The notes under the pieces: generated by a model
Database searches by the model: none
The model's input: the letters and a program-made list of their open reading frames with translations, nothing else
Told to the model about the DNA's origin: nothing
Source: a virus
Taxonomy: Duplodnaviria; Caudoviricetes
Strand: one strand, 5' to 3'
Virus record (IMG/VR): IMGVR_UViG_3300032322_000863
Span: 1-55,276 of that record
Length of the DNA: 55,276 bases
Shown here: positions 1 to 10,252 of the stretch, piece by piece
Layout: each line of letters begins with the position of its first letter
How positions within the stretch are numbered: position 1 is the first letter of the stretch
Position numbers and translations under genes: made by a program

Positions 1-123
1 ACCTGCGACAGAACATTGTCGGACCACAAAGAGTCCCACAAGTGTATCGCATAGGTCTCTTCCATATTAAACTCTGAAGCAGGTTTATGGAAGACGGACT
101 GATCGTCCCAGTAGAACGGGCAG
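1..123. repeat. 123-bp direct terminal overlap (copy 1), indicating a circular or circularly permuted assembly
   Basis: 1..123 is identical to 55154..55276. A minus-strand ORF reads in frame through the junction. Confidence 0.95.
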
Positions 124-2300
124 AAAGTAGCGCAGGGCAGTGTTCTGACGAGATTGGGGAACTTGTGGGCCAACTCGGCAGACAGGACCACAGACCACTC
201 TGCCCAAACGCCGTTCATGCGGGACGCCATGCGCTCCAGCCAGATCTTCAGGAACGGGCTGTTCGCCGGGGTGGCGATGAACGCATTGGACAACGCGTGG
301 CCGGTCTTTGACTCGTAGGACATGACGGTTGACCGCCCGAGGAGGCCGTCAATCTTCTTCACGAGCACCATGTCGTTGTCAAAGTAGATGCCGCCCTCCT
401 GAAGCAGGATTCGGATCCGGGCGATGTCCGCCTTGTACTGGGGCCAAGGGATTTCCTTGCCCTCAAAGTGGGTGATGTCGTCAATCGGGCGAAACTTGAC
501 GTATGGCCGAATAGCCTCCCAATTCGGATTATCTACAGGCTCCTGCGTGCAGTGCATGTAGATCACGTCCGGCTGCTGCACCTCGTAAGCGGCGCGAACG
601 GCCAGATAGTTCACGTAGCTAAAAGGCCGACCGCCGAAATAGAGGAAATGGACGACGTTCGGGGTCTCGCCCATCGCTGGCAGCGCTGCAGTGGCGACCT
701 GAGCCTCCATGAAGTCCACATTGCCCCGAATGCGTGCGTCATCAGAACACAAAGAGAGGGCTTCCTTGGCGTATTGCAGCGCCTGCTCACGCAGGCCGAG
801 AGCCCACCCCGAGATGCTGGCAAGGTCATGAGGCAGAGCGCCCCATGCCGCAGGATCAATGGTGTAGACCTGCGGGCGATCCTTGATGCTCAGCGCTCGC
901 GTAGAATAGGCAAAGCACTCATTCCAGCGGCCCTGCTGGTGCATCAGCATCGCCAGCTCGCACCAACCCTCGCGGGTGTGCGGAGCCTCTAAGGCGGCAT
1001 GATGAAATGCCTTCTCGGCCTCTTGAGCCTCGCCCATGGACGCATGGCACTTGCCAATGACGCGATAGGCGTAAGCGCGCTCATGGTCCCACGTCGCCGC
1101 CGGAAGCGCCAAGTAGCGCTTGCACTCAGTAATCGATTCGCGCCAGCGGTGATTAAACGACAGCTCTCGGGCGTAGTAGAACGCATTACGAGGACAGTGC
1201 GGGTCTTCCTTGACCGAAAGCTCTAGGAGGTCGAGGTAGAAGCCACGGCTCTTATGCGGGTCCGCGCCATGGACGACCATGAGCATGTCGCTGTGCGCCC
1301 AATCCTCCTGAATGCGGCCATCCGGGACAGGATACTCGTGGCAGGGATGGTGCCAGCGGTAACCGTGGCGAGCGTGGATCTTCTCGTAGTAAAACCGAAC
1401 GCCGGGGGACCACTCGTAGCGATACCGCAAACGGGTCGTCTTCCCGAGAAGCCAGACGCGCTCCATCTCCTCGCGCCAGCCCGGCTGCAACATCTCATCG
1501 ATGTCTAGGGAGACGCAAATATCGAAATCACGCGGCACAAGGGCCAGAGCAGCATTCCGGGCAAGGTCAAAGCGCCAAGGAGAAATGCAGATGTCGTGTA
1601 CGACAGCGCCATGCTGTCTCGCCACGTCAGGAAGGCCATCAGTTGACCCCGTGTCCGCGATGAGGATCAGGTCCGCGTCCTTGGCGGACTCGCAGAAACG
1701 CGGAATGAAGTGCGCCTCGTTCTTAGCGATGGCGTAGACGCAGATCTTTGGTTTCTTCAGCTTATGGCGAGACGCCTCGTTGCAGTAAACGAACACGCCA
1801 ATTCTGAATTGGCCATGATCAGACCACTGAGGTTCTCCAACATATTGCCAATCCGGCGCACCAAACGCCTCGACCACTGTCTCCACAGACCAATCGTCGG
1901 TGACGTGGATCTCGTAGGGGTTGCCCTCAAGGTCATCTTGCGGGAGGTGGCCGATGGGAATGCTGACAATAACAGTGTCAGCAGATGCCCGAAGCTTGCC
2001 GAGAAGAGCAATGGCCTCGTCTCTCGTCATGTGCTCCAGAACGTCACCCGCCACCGCCAATTCCCAACGGCGATTGGGCTGCCACTCGCGAGCATCTTGG
2101 AGATGGAAGGTCGGATAGACAGACCTCAGATCGTACTGGTGGACGTAGGGCTCCCACACCTCGACGCCAGTCCACTCCAAGTCGGGGAGTAGCTTGGCGT
2201 ATGTGCCAAGGCCGCAGCCGATGTCCAAGGCTGTTTGCGCGCCGAGGCGCGAGACAACCCACTTAATTTCTTCCTTACCCGACCCTGAGCTGAACGGCAT
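1..2300 (-). CDS. Multidomain SAM methyltransferase + GT2 glycosyltransferase + TPR + GT32-like (DXD) glycosyltransferase. 5' part; continues across the origin to 55069 (794 aa total)
   Basis: Translated by hand with no stop from ATG 2300 (MPFSSGSGKEE). Motifs: ALDIGCGLGTY and GDVLEHM (class I MTase); KICVYAIAKNE, ADTGSTD, SLDIDE (GT2); helical NAFYYAREL..AYAYRVIGKC..GWCELAML (TPR-like); PNVVHFLYFG, KADIARIRILLQEGGIYFDND, LSNAFI, YAIHLW (GT32/Gly_transf_sug-like). Absent from the ORF track because it runs off the edge. Confidence 0.88.
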   Translation of the reverse strand, partial: MPFSSGSGKEEIKWVVSRLGAQTALDIGCGLGTYAKLLPDLEWTGVEVWEPYVHQYDLRSVYPTFHLQDAREWQPNRRWELAVAGDVLEHMTRDEAIALLGKLRASADTVIVSIPIGHLPQDDLEGNPYEIHVTDDWSVETVVEAFGAPDWQYVGEPQWSDHGQFRIGVFVYCNEASRHKLKKPKICVYAIAKNEAHFIPRFCESAKDADLILIADTGSTDGLPDVARQHGAVVHDICISPWRFDLARNAALALVPRDFDICVSLDIDEMLQPGWREEMERVWLLGKTTRLRYRYEWSPGVRFYYEKIHARHGYRWHHPCHEYPVPDGRIQEDWAHSDMLMVVHGADPHKSRGFYLDLLELSVKEDPHCPRNAFYYARELSFNHRWRESITECKRYLALPAATWDHERAYAYRVIGKCHASMGEAQEAEKAFHHAALEAPHTREGWCELAMLMHQQGRWNECFAYSTRALSIKDRPQVYTIDPAAWGALPHDLASISGWALGLREQALQYAKEALSLCSDDARIRGNVDFMEAQVATAALPAMGETPNVVHFLYFGGRPFSYVNYLAVRAAYEVQQPDVIYMHCTQEPVDNPNWEAIRPYVKFRPIDDITHFEGKEIPWPQYKADIARIRILLQEGGIYFDNDMVLVKKIDGLLGRSTVMSYESKTGHALSNAFIATPANSPFLKIWLERMASRMNGVWAEWSVVLSAELAHKFPNLVRTLPCATFCPFYWDDQSVFHKPASEFNMEETYAIHLWDSLWSDNVLSQ

Positions 2301-2326
2301 GATTTCCCCCTTTCAATGCCAATTCA

Positions 2327-2650
2327 TCAATTCTGCGCGAACGGGGGAACCTGCGGAACGACCGGCGGGTTCTTCTTCTTCGCAATCTCGCCAGCAAGAG
2401 CCACCTCAACAGCCGGAAGGTCGATCAAAGGCGAGGTCTGATCGATAGCCCACTGCTCGGTGATGTCCGCGTATGGCGTGAAGCTGTCGGGGTTCGGTTC
2501 GCCAAGAGCCACGGTGCCGTAAGCGCCGGCGGTAATCCCACCCTCGATGGCGTCCAGACGCCAGTGAATGGTCTTCACAACCTCGCTCAGGCCGTCCTCA
2601 GACGGAGCCACGTCGAACTGCGGGAAGGTCCAAGAGTATGCGATAGCCAT
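2327..2650 (-). CDS. Small acidic conserved phage protein in the tail-fibre module (possible fibre assembly helper)
   Basis: 107-aa ORF with GGAG RBS; MAIAYSW..VVKTIHWRL..FTPYADITEQ type found next to phage fibres. Confidence 0.6.
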   Translation of the reverse strand: MAIAYSWTFPQFDVAPSEDGLSEVVKTIHWRLDAIEGGITAGAYGTVALGEPNPDSFTPYADITEQWAIDQTSPLIDLPAVEVALAGEIAKKKNPPVVPQVPPFAQN

Positions 2651-2670
2651 GCTTGCTCCCTTTCGGTTAG

Positions 2671-4098
2671 TTAGAGGCCAAGACCGTTGATATATGCTGT
2701 TCCAAGTTTAGTCTGTCCAGCCACTGTCGGGTGAAGACCGTCGCTGTAATCAGCATTTGTTAGCGTCGTCCTCAGATCGACTGTTGGAAGTCTCCGAGAA
2801 TTGCTAACGAATTGGATTACATCGTCATAGTCGCTACGAGTAAAGCCCGGCAGGATGTACCACGATGCGGAGTTAGGGGTCGGCGGATACGTCAAGACGA
2901 TTGGCGATGTGGGGGATACAGTTTGAATAGCGTCAATCAACGCATTTAGTTCCGTGAGATACGCCGAAGGGCTTATCCTACGATCCCCCGGGGGGCTGGC
3001 GGATACCGTATTAAAATACATGCTAACAGTGCCGAGAGCGATAACGTATACCGGGGCCACCGTTGGAGTGAGCGGGTCTGAAAGCGGGAAGATTACTGAC
3101 TCGTGAATATCCGCCATGTCATTTGAATAATCATCAAACGTATAGGAGCCGCGCGCATTGATCTGCACGTTGATGTATCCGTTAGTTGCAAAGGTAGTGG
3201 GGTCAGGCGGTGCAGAAGGGGGCGGAGGATAAAAGTTTGTCGGGTTAATTGACAGCAAACGGCAAACCGCGCCGCCAGCAGTGTCTGTTCTGCGAATAGT
3301 GAAGCTGGTTGAGCTAGATCCCGTGTCGTAAATGAAACGGTAAATGTTGTTGACGCCGATGTTAGATCCGCCAACCGTAGCGACGGTCCCAGTCAAAGGG
3401 GTAAGACCCGGAGACGTGACTGTTGCGCTTCCCGATCCGGTCACTTTGACCATGATGGTCAAGTATCGCACAGGATTTTGCAGGGAAGAGGGCGTGACCT
3501 GAACCTCACTATTTAACCCGTTCAGTAAGATCGCTGGGTTGAAATACGCTGAAATCGAGGTCGATCCAACGGATTGGGAATTGTTCACATTGTATGTGCC
3601 AACACCGCCCGTCCCACTACCAAGAGAAACAATATATGTTTCAGAAGTGATGCCAGATCCAGTAGTGTTGCGTATGGTTTGACCGACCCTGATTGTTCCA
3701 GATGAAACCGAAGAGACGGTCAAAGTTGTGCCGGAAATGCTGCCTGTAAACACAGCGTCCACAATTTCGCGGCTATAAGTCGATCCGAAAGGCCCACTGT
3801 TTTGATACAAAATCCCAACCGGAGACTGTAACTTTAGCGTCACGCCATCTCTGTTTTCAATCAGGTCATCTGCATGTACGTTGCGCGATACCCACTCGTC
3901 GGTGTTTGTCCCGCCTGCAAGAACCGTATCAATTTTTTCCTGCATTGCCTTGGCGTAAGTTTGATACTGGAAAACTCCCCAGCCCCATGTGATTGAGTCG
4001 CCAAGGAGCATGAGCGTCCGCCGACGATTGGCAGAATAAAAGTTCGGTGTCGGGGCAACGAAAGACCCGCCAGCGAGCAACATATTGAAAATACTCAT
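2671..4098 (-). CDS. SGNH/GDSL esterase-domain protein, probably virion-associated
   Basis: LLGDSITWG (block I) and DGLHPTVAG (block V), separated by a Thr/Ser/Gly-rich beta-type insert. Start chosen at MSIFNMLL. Confidence 0.75.
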   Translation of the reverse strand: MSIFNMLLAGGSFVAPTPNFYSANRRRTLMLLGDSITWGWGVFQYQTYAKAMQEKIDTVLAGGTNTDEWVSRNVHADDLIENRDGVTLKLQSPVGILYQNSGPFGSTYSREIVDAVFTGSISGTTLTVSSVSSGTIRVGQTIRNTTGSGITSETYIVSLGSGTGGVGTYNVNNSQSVGSTSISAYFNPAILLNGLNSEVQVTPSSLQNPVRYLTIMVKVTGSGSATVTSPGLTPLTGTVATVGGSNIGVNNIYRFIYDTGSSSTSFTIRRTDTAGGAVCRLLSINPTNFYPPPPSAPPDPTTFATNGYINVQINARGSYTFDDYSNDMADIHESVIFPLSDPLTPTVAPVYVIALGTVSMYFNTVSASPPGDRRISPSAYLTELNALIDAIQTVSPTSPIVLTYPPTPNSASWYILPGFTRSDYDDVIQFVSNSRRLPTVDLRTTLTNADYSDGLHPTVAGQTKLGTAYINGLGL

Positions 4099-4137
4099 GG
4101 TGCGAGTCCTTAGCCTGTTAATACGAGAACCGAACAC

Positions 4138-7100
4138 TCAGCTAACCCCGCTCCCGGAGATCACATAAACGTCTAAAGCCACACATACGAGAGTTGCCAC
4201 CCCATACTGCGCTATTGTTCTATTAGTTGCAGGCGTCCCACCCACGCTAGTGCCGGCCAGTCGAACGGTCACACCCGTCCCCACTGTCAGAGTGATTGTC
4301 GATCCTGAATTGTTAAAGATCGAAACCGTCTGTCCGGGCGAGAAGCTTGTCGAACCATTGATCGTGACCCCAGCCCCACCGGATGAAGTAACGAGGCGTC
4401 CTGCATCATTAGCCACCAGCGTCGCGTTCGTGCTTGTGGGCAGCCCACTCGCAGGAAGGTCAACCCAAACGCCTCCAGCGCGAGCCTGAAGTCTCTCCAC
4501 AGTAGAGTTGTACAGCACGAGACCATTCGGTGGCGACGCTATACCGTCGCGCTGCGCTGTCGTCATGCGCGGGGGTAAAAATCCGCGTGTAGTTGACGTA
4601 AGATCAAGCAATGCGACTGCGTTAGGGGTCGCCCCGATACCCACGTTGCCTGCGCTCGTGATGCGCATACGCTCAATGGGCGTCGTGCCGGTATAGAAGT
4701 ACATGTCGGCAGTGACGCTGCTGGCGTCCTTGGCTGTAGCGATGGTGCCGATGCCACCCGCTGTACGAGCCACACCGCCAGTATCGGCTATTGTATAGCG
4801 AAGGCCCAAGCCATTGCCAGCCGCTGAGCTGGTGTTCGCCAAAATGGCAACCGGCTGGCTCAAGAACGCCGTCTGCGCGGAGTTAGACTGGGCCGTGAAC
4901 CCGAGGGTAAACTCGTTGTGGCCGATGACGTTGAGGACGGCAGACGGGTTAGTAGCTCCGGGGCCAATGCCGACGAAGCCTCCACTCGTGATGCGCATGC
5001 GCTCCTGAAGCGAACCCGCACTGTCTGACGTATTAAGGATGAAGAACCCACCGTTTCCGGTGCCGTCCTGCTGCCCATAGATCTCCGAACGCGTCCTGCC
5101 GTTTGCGTAAAGATCAAGGATAGCGGTCGAGTTTGAAGACGTATTCGGGTTGTTGATCCGCAGCCGTGCGTCAACGATGCTTGAACCAGCGCCGGTTACC
5201 TCAAGCCTTCCGCCCGGCGACAGCGTCCCGATGCCTACGTTGCCGGCAAAGTAGTTATTCGCCGTACCATTGGCGAAGAAGTTCCAGCGCCCCGTGCCAG
5301 AGGCAATGTTGCTGTAGAAGCCGTAGTTGTTGGTGGCCCCCGTCAACGTGCTTTCGGCGTGGAAACCCATCTGGTTGGTTACAACCGACGACGCGCCGAA
5401 AGTCCCTTGCAGAGCATAGTAATGCCGCAACGTGCCGAGCGTGAACGAAGCTGCCTGCGTTCCGCCACCCGTCCTGAAAAGATCGGCACTCGACGTAACG
5501 TCGGAAACGACTGTTCCGTTGCTCAGAACACCAATAGCACTTGTGGCATTGGTGATGGCCCTACCCACTTGGAGAGAGGTGCTTGACGCAGGGGGCGCTC
5601 CAATACCCACGCTGCCCACGCTCGTGATGCGCATACGCTCATTTGCGCCATTGACTCGGAAAATTATGTTTGACGCAGAATCTTTCGCATCAATGTAAAG
5701 ATTGTTGTCGGAGAAATAAGTTACTGCGCCTCCGGTTGCCGTAGTACTCCACACGCCGGAAGCGTTTAGGAAAAGCAGGCTGGATTGGTTCGATAGCATT
5801 ACGCTACGTCCGCTACCGTATCCGGCGGCTGTAGTCGTCGTCCCGATGCCCACGTTGCCGACGCTGTCGATGCGCATCTTCTCATCGGTAGAGGGCGACC
5901 AGTTCGCAGCGTCTGACGCGCTGTCGTTATAGAAGACCAGCGCACCAGCGCCGTTTGCAGCTTGGCGAAGAAGACCGATAGCGGCCTTGGTGTACGTCGT
6001 GTCTGAGGCAAACTGAATGCCGCCGATGCCGGTGTTGCTATTGGAATTGATGGCAGTAATTCCGGCAAATCCCGTTGCATCAGTCCCCTGAACGGCCAAG
6101 CGGCTCCAACTGTTGGGAGTTGTCGTCCCGACCCCCACGTTGCCCGCGCTCGTAATCACAGCAGAAGGAGTGCTCGTAAATGTGCCTTTTACAAAACGAA
6201 GCGCGGAAGCCCCGAGACCAGAACCTGTAGCGACGATGTTCCATTCGTCGTCCACAGAAGTCTGACGCGAGACAATGCGAACGCTAGATGTTTGAACCGT
6301 TCCCGTTGACTGGACGTTGACGAAAGCGTCGCCGCTATCAACGACATCAAGTCTATAGCCGGGCGATGTAGTTCCCACACCAACGCGGCCATCACCCGTC
6401 ACCACAAATGGGCTGCTATCCGGGTTCGCGCTGTCCTCGACCAGCAGCGCGTTACTATTAGGGCCCGTACCCGTTTGCGTAATGCGGACAAGGCTATCAG
6501 CCGTGGACCCAGAGACCGTTAGGCTCGTGCCGTCAGTCGTAATGCCCGCAGCACCCGCAAATGCGCCCGCATTGTTGTACTGGATCTGCGTGTTGGAGCC
6601 GCCCGGAGACGCGGTCGGGCCGGTCGGGCCAGTGGGGCCGGTAGGACCGGTGGGGCCGGTGGGGCCAGTGGGACCGACAACAGTGACAGGACCATTATCA
6701 ATCCATGCCGAGCCGTTCCACACCCACAGACGACTGGTGTCTAGGGTAACGTATGCATCGCCGACATTGTTGCCCGCAGGCCCCGGCGGCAAATTAGCCG
6801 CCGTCAAAACAGCGCCTTTGTACGTAATACCGCCGCCAGCCGGGCCAGTGGGGCCAGTCGGACCCGTTGGACCAGCAACGGTGGAGCCCGGGCCGGTAGG
6901 GCCAGTGGGGCCAGTGGGGCCAGTCGGACCAGTGAGACCCGTCGGGCCTGTCGGACCAGTGGGGCCCGTAGAACCAGTGGGGCCTGTAATTCCGACAGAC
7001 GCAGGGCCCGCGTCCTGCCATGCCGTCCCACTCCAAAGATACAAGTGGTCGTCAGACGTGACGACATATGCGTCGCCGGCGACGTTCCCCGTTGGTCCCG

Positions 7101-7305
7101 TCGGCAAGTTGCCAACCGTCGCCACAGTGCCCTTGTAGGTAAATCCCTTGGACCCCGTTGGTCCTGTAGGGCCGGTGGGTCCGCCGAGGTTTGCAATCTG
7201 CCGCGCCGTTAGACGGACCGACACCCCAGCCTGAACAGCTTCGAGCTGCTCTTGTCCGCTGACCGCGATTGCTGCTGGGAGGTTCGGTATCTGGACGTTT
7301 GACAT
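4138..7305 (-). CDS. Long tail fibre / receptor-binding protein with collagen-like GPT repeats
   Basis: Three (GPT)n tracts, two copies of a YKG..NLP..GDAYV....LW.W.G.AW module, and many [13 protein letters not shown] fibre repeats. Confidence 0.85.
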   Translation of the reverse strand: MSNVQIPNLPAAIAVSGQEQLEAVQAGVSVRLTARQIANLGGPTGPTGPTGSKGFTYKGTVATVGNLPTGPTGNVAGDAYVVTSDDHLYLWSGTAWQDAGPASVGITGPTGSTGPTGPTGPTGLTGPTGPTGPTGPTGPGSTVAGPTGPTGPTGPAGGGITYKGAVLTAANLPPGPAGNNVGDAYVTLDTSRLWVWNGSAWIDNGPVTVVGPTGPTGPTGPTGPTGPTGPTASPGGSNTQIQYNNAGAFAGAAGITTDGTSLTVSGSTADSLVRITQTGTGPNSNALLVEDSANPDSSPFVVTGDGRVGVGTTSPGYRLDVVDSGDAFVNVQSTGTVQTSSVRIVSRQTSVDDEWNIVATGSGLGASALRFVKGTFTSTPSAVITSAGNVGVGTTTPNSWSRLAVQGTDATGFAGITAINSNSNTGIGGIQFASDTTYTKAAIGLLRQAANGAGALVFYNDSASDAANWSPSTDEKMRIDSVGNVGIGTTTTAAGYGSGRSVMLSNQSSLLFLNASGVWSTTATGGAVTYFSDNNLYIDAKDSASNIIFRVNGANERMRITSVGSVGIGAPPASSTSLQVGRAITNATSAIGVLSNGTVVSDVTSSADLFRTGGGTQAASFTLGTLRHYYALQGTFGASSVVTNQMGFHAESTLTGATNNYGFYSNIASGTGRWNFFANGTANNYFAGNVGIGTLSPGGRLEVTGAGSSIVDARLRINNPNTSSNSTAILDLYANGRTRSEIYGQQDGTGNGGFFILNTSDSAGSLQERMRITSGGFVGIGPGATNPSAVLNVIGHNEFTLGFTAQSNSAQTAFLSQPVAILANTSSAAGNGLGLRYTIADTGGVARTAGGIGTIATAKDASSVTADMYFYTGTTPIERMRITSAGNVGIGATPNAVALLDLTSTTRGFLPPRMTTAQRDGIASPPNGLVLYNSTVERLQARAGGVWVDLPASGLPTSTNATLVANDAGRLVTSSGGAGVTINGSTSFSPGQTVSIFNNSGSTITLTVGTGVTVRLAGTSVGGTPATNRTIAQYGVATLVCVALDVYVISGSGVS
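6612..7185 (-). repeat. Coding Gly-Pro-Thr collagen-like tandem repeats
   Basis: 9-nt periodic ggggccagt/ggaccggt units encoding GPTGPTGPT. Confidence 0.9.
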
Positions 7306-7814
7306 CAGAGCGGACCTGTCTTTGGAACTGAAGTGTTATCGTAGGGCAAGCCCGGATCATTTCCGCCGGCGTCGTTGGGAACAGTAATACTTGTGCCCGG
7401 CTCTTGGTTCAAGCTTCCGGGCGCTGCGCCAGTCTGCTGCGTGACGCGCGTATTGTTGTTCTGCGTGATGCGCGTGTTTCCGCCCGGAACCGGGATGCCT
7501 GTCGTCGGATCCACCGTGTTTTGACCAGAGGTCACACGGTAGTTCGTCTCGGCATTCACGAAGTCCTGAACGCGCGGGTTCTGGATCGGAACAGGATCAG
7601 CAGGCACCACAATAGCGCGAAGCTGCGTCTGGGGCGTGTCGTAGCAAGGATTGCACACCAGAAGGCGCACGTTCTGGAGGGACGCGCCGCGCCAGTCAAA
7701 CTGCCAGCGAAGATTGACATGGTTGTACCGAAACCCGCAGCGGTCACATATTGCATGCGCTCGCGGGCTCGTTGAACTTGTTCTGGCGCGTCCGGACTGG
7801 CTGGCGTAGGCCAT
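7305..7814 (-). CDS. Conserved phage protein with CxxC..CxxC motif
   Basis: [10 protein letters not shown]...[13 protein letters not shown] overlap with the upstream gene supports start 7814. Confidence 0.7.
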   Translation of the reverse strand: MAYASQSGRARTSSTSPRAHAICDRCGFRYNHVNLRWQFDWRGASLQNVRLLVCNPCYDTPQTQLRAIVVPADPVPIQNPRVQDFVNAETNYRVTSGQNTVDPTTGIPVPGGNTRITQNNNTRVTQQTGAAPGSLNQEPGTSITVPNDAGGNDPGLPYDNTSVPKTGPL

Positions 7815-8491
7815 TACGCCCTCCAATATCCTGAGAGCTGCGGCGAGATGTATTGCTGCGCCTGCTCAATGCCCTGCGAGGCGGCGACATCGTAACTCTC
7901 GTCCGCCTGCCCCTTGAGGGCAGGGGCAAGCTGCGGAGCCCAGATCCTTGCGAGGCGGTACGCCAGCCCGTCTGCGAACGCCTCCAGCCAGAGATACGGG
8001 ATCTCGGGCTGCTCGCTGTTCTGCAAGTTGCTGTCCTGCAATCGCCGCACGCGATAGTATTTCAGGCTCGTCTGAGAGCCATCAGGCACCGGCCACAGCG
8101 TGACGGTCGGTGAGATCAGGCGGTCGAACCAGAACGTGGTCGGGAAGCCCTGCTGCGCCTTGTTCGGGTACGAGGCATACTCTGTGCGGCTGATGGGCAG
8201 GATGATGCGGTCGATGCCCTCAGACACGATATAAGCGTCGAGGATCATCACCGTATTGGCGTCAACCGGATAGGTCGCCGTGCCCTGAACCAGCGGCGTC
8301 GTGATGAGATCCACACACCAGAGGTTCACTCCCATATTGGACCAGCGGGACAGCATCATGTTCGTCGCCATACGCGCCGAGTCCATGTGCTCCTGAAGCA
8401 ACGCAGTCGGTCGCACGCCGATGTTCTGATAGGCGTACAGAACGATCTCGCCGAGCGACGGGTTGAAGGTGTATGTGCCGCTGGTCGCCAT
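7814..8491 (-). CDS. Putative head-tail adaptor / neck protein
   Basis: MATSGTYTFN start, ISRTEYASYPNK..GFPT, LWPVPD, LAYRLA; located after the capsid genes. Confidence 0.6.
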   Translation of the reverse strand: MATSGTYTFNPSLGEIVLYAYQNIGVRPTALLQEHMDSARMATNMMLSRWSNMGVNLWCVDLITTPLVQGTATYPVDANTVMILDAYIVSEGIDRIILPISRTEYASYPNKAQQGFPTTFWFDRLISPTVTLWPVPDGSQTSLKYYRVRRLQDSNLQNSEQPEIPYLWLEAFADGLAYRLARIWAPQLAPALKGQADESYDVAASQGIEQAQQYISPQLSGYWRA

Positions 8492-8500
8492 GACAGCTCC

Positions 8501-9286
8501 TTACTCGGAAGCGTCGTTTTTGACGAGAAGGATGATGAACATCGAGGAGCAAGCGTTGTTCGCAGCATCGCCGACGGCCTGCGCCTCAATCGTCGTCTTT
8601 TCAGGCACAGCGAGGGGGTACTCGAACGTATAATCAGCCGCGCTGTTATTGACGGTGACCACCGCAGCCGTGAGGCGAATGTCGTTGGTTCCGCGCGTCA
8701 TGAGGCGGCCCGTTACAGCATTCGATCCGGAAGCCTGACCGGACGAGAACAACCCCTGAGATACGTACCCCGTGTACCCCGCCGGGACCGTGTAGCTCCC
8801 GGTAACACGGGCGTTGTAGTCGAACGCAATAACGTCGTAAATCGTAGCGGGGACGCCCGCCGTGACGGTGCCCGTGCCGAAATAAATCGTCCCCGCAGCC
8901 GTATTGCCCGAACCTGCCGTCTGCACATAGCAATTGTTGATGTGCAGGTACGATTTCGTCGTTGTTACGGCAGTCTGCCCGTTCAGCGTGACAGTCTCGC
9001 TGATCACGTTGTGGTTCGCGTCCAGCCCTTCGAGGTAGACGGTACGAGCACCCGTTCCCGCAGACGTGTCCGCAGCATTGCTGGAGCTAACCGAAAGCTG
9101 AAGAGCGGCGGCAGGGAAGCTGAGGATGCCGCCTTGGGGCCACACGGTCTCAACAGACGTGTCAACATCGGGATTGTAGCCGAAGACGACGATGGACTGA
9201 TGCCACGAGATCTGGCCTCGCGCTACCTGAAGTTCGAACGGCTCATACCGACCGCTCTGCGTGATTGACCAAGCTGTAGTGGACAT
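8501..9286 (-). CDS. Hypothetical beta-rich virion protein
   Basis: 261-aa ORF with FGYNPDVD and SSSNAADTSAGTGARTV, in the late operon. Confidence 0.65.
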   Translation of the reverse strand: MSTTAWSITQSGRYEPFELQVARGQISWHQSIVVFGYNPDVDTSVETVWPQGGILSFPAAALQLSVSSSNAADTSAGTGARTVYLEGLDANHNVISETVTLNGQTAVTTTKSYLHINNCYVQTAGSGNTAAGTIYFGTGTVTAGVPATIYDVIAFDYNARVTGSYTVPAGYTGYVSQGLFSSGQASGSNAVTGRLMTRGTNDIRLTAAVVTVNNSAADYTFEYPLAVPEKTTIEAQAVGDAANNACSSMFIILLVKNDASE

Positions 9287-9288
9287 AT

Positions 9289-9687
9289 TCAGTCTTCCTT
9301 ACGCTTGCCCGAGGGGCTGACAGGCCACGTCTTCCGGGCCGAACTGGTTTTCTTCCGTGCCATTGACGCTTTGTCCTCCTTGGACATGGAGGCGGCAGCG
9401 GCGGCAGGACGACAGGCCGGATAAGGACGCTTACCCTTTTCGCCTTCAATCCTACCACATTCTTTACCAGTTTTCACATCACGCCAATCTTCGCCAAACC
9501 ATTTCCCCAAACCGCCGCCAGAGGCTTTATTGACGCGATTGTCATCGCCGGACCACTTACCGCCCTTGGACTTGTACCACTTGGCCGCCCATGCGTTGGC
9601 GTAGGCGCTCGGATATACGTCAAACTTGGCGCGGGCCGCTGCCTTGGCGCGACCCCAGAGTCCAGAGTTTTGAGGCTTGGAGGCCAT
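9289..9687 (-). CDS. Basic conserved phage protein (DUF5872-like)
   Basis: YPSAYANAWAAKWYKSKGG, GLGKWFGEDWRDVKTG, YPACRP motifs. Confidence 0.65.
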   Translation of the reverse strand: MASKPQNSGLWGRAKAAARAKFDVYPSAYANAWAAKWYKSKGGKWSGDDNRVNKASGGGLGKWFGEDWRDVKTGKECGRIEGEKGKRPYPACRPAAAAASMSKEDKASMARKKTSSARKTWPVSPSGKRKED

Positions 9688-9688
9688 A

Positions 9689-10252
9689 TCAGCAGTCCCA
9701 CTTCTTAGCGACAAACTTACATATTTCAATTACCTGCGCCAGATCTGCGTCTGCTTTGAACGTATTGATTGAGTAGCAAACCAACCAGCAGTTTTCAGGC
9801 GTATATCCTTTTGAATTATCTATCCGGTCAACAGAAATCCCGTTAAAGAGCCTCTTTCCAGTTCCAGCCGAAACAACCATACGCACTCCACTAATAGCGC
9901 ATGACCATTCTTGCCGCTCCAGAGCTGACAAAAGCCATTCAGTGCTGATTAAAAAATCCATGTTCTTTTTTTTTGCACGGAACTTGGCACTGTTCACAAT
10001 ATGAGCTGCGTAGACTTGCAAGTTTTTGGTTCTTGAGGCTACGCTTCGAGAAAGCCCGTCATTTCTTTTTTTGTTGAGATCTTCGTATTTTTTCATTCTT
10101 TGCTTGTAACACGTCTTGCAGGCCGCATGATATTGAACGCGACCCGTTGCTTTTAGGACTGTTTTGTAAAAACTGCTCTCTGGAAGAGAGCAGCCGCATT
10201 GTGTGCAGCAGCGAGTTTTTACAAAAACAGCATCAATCACGGGCAGTTCCAC
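9689..10252 (-). CDS. HNH-type (homing) endonuclease with N-terminal zinc ribbon
   Basis: CTQC..CKTC, CAISG and SVDRIDNSKGYTPENCWLVC..IN motifs; AT-rich relative to its flanks. Start may be GTG at 10240. Confidence 0.75.
   Translation of the reverse strand: MELPVIDAVFVKTRCCTQCGCSLPESSFYKTVLKATGRVQYHAACKTCYKQRMKKYEDLNKKRNDGLSRSVASRTKNLQVYAAHIVNSAKFRAKKKNMDFLISTEWLLSALERQEWSCAISGVRMVVSAGTGKRLFNGISVDRIDNSKGYTPENCWLVCYSINTFKADADLAQVIEICKFVAKKWDC

Noticed and set aside
1-123. Physical terminal repeat of the virion DNA
   Set aside because: It falls mid-gene and is exact, so an assembler circularisation overlap is more likely.
1-2300. DNA hypermodification role for the GT/MTase fusion
   Set aside because: No base hydroxymethylase, TET/JBP, kinase or own polymerase was found, and the gene is in the tail module with a TPR region. 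A protein or glycan target is more plausible, though DNA is not excluded.
87-2448. Many short ORF-track calls in the first 2.4 kb
   Set aside because: They are shadows of the long minus-strand glycosyltransferase frame.
6612-7185. CRISPR-like or VNTR array
   Set aside because: These are 9-nt codon repeats for Gly-Pro-Thr with no spacers.
4138-7305. Diversity-generating retroelement targeting the fibre
   Set aside because: No reverse transcriptase and no adenine-specific template/variable repeat pair seen.
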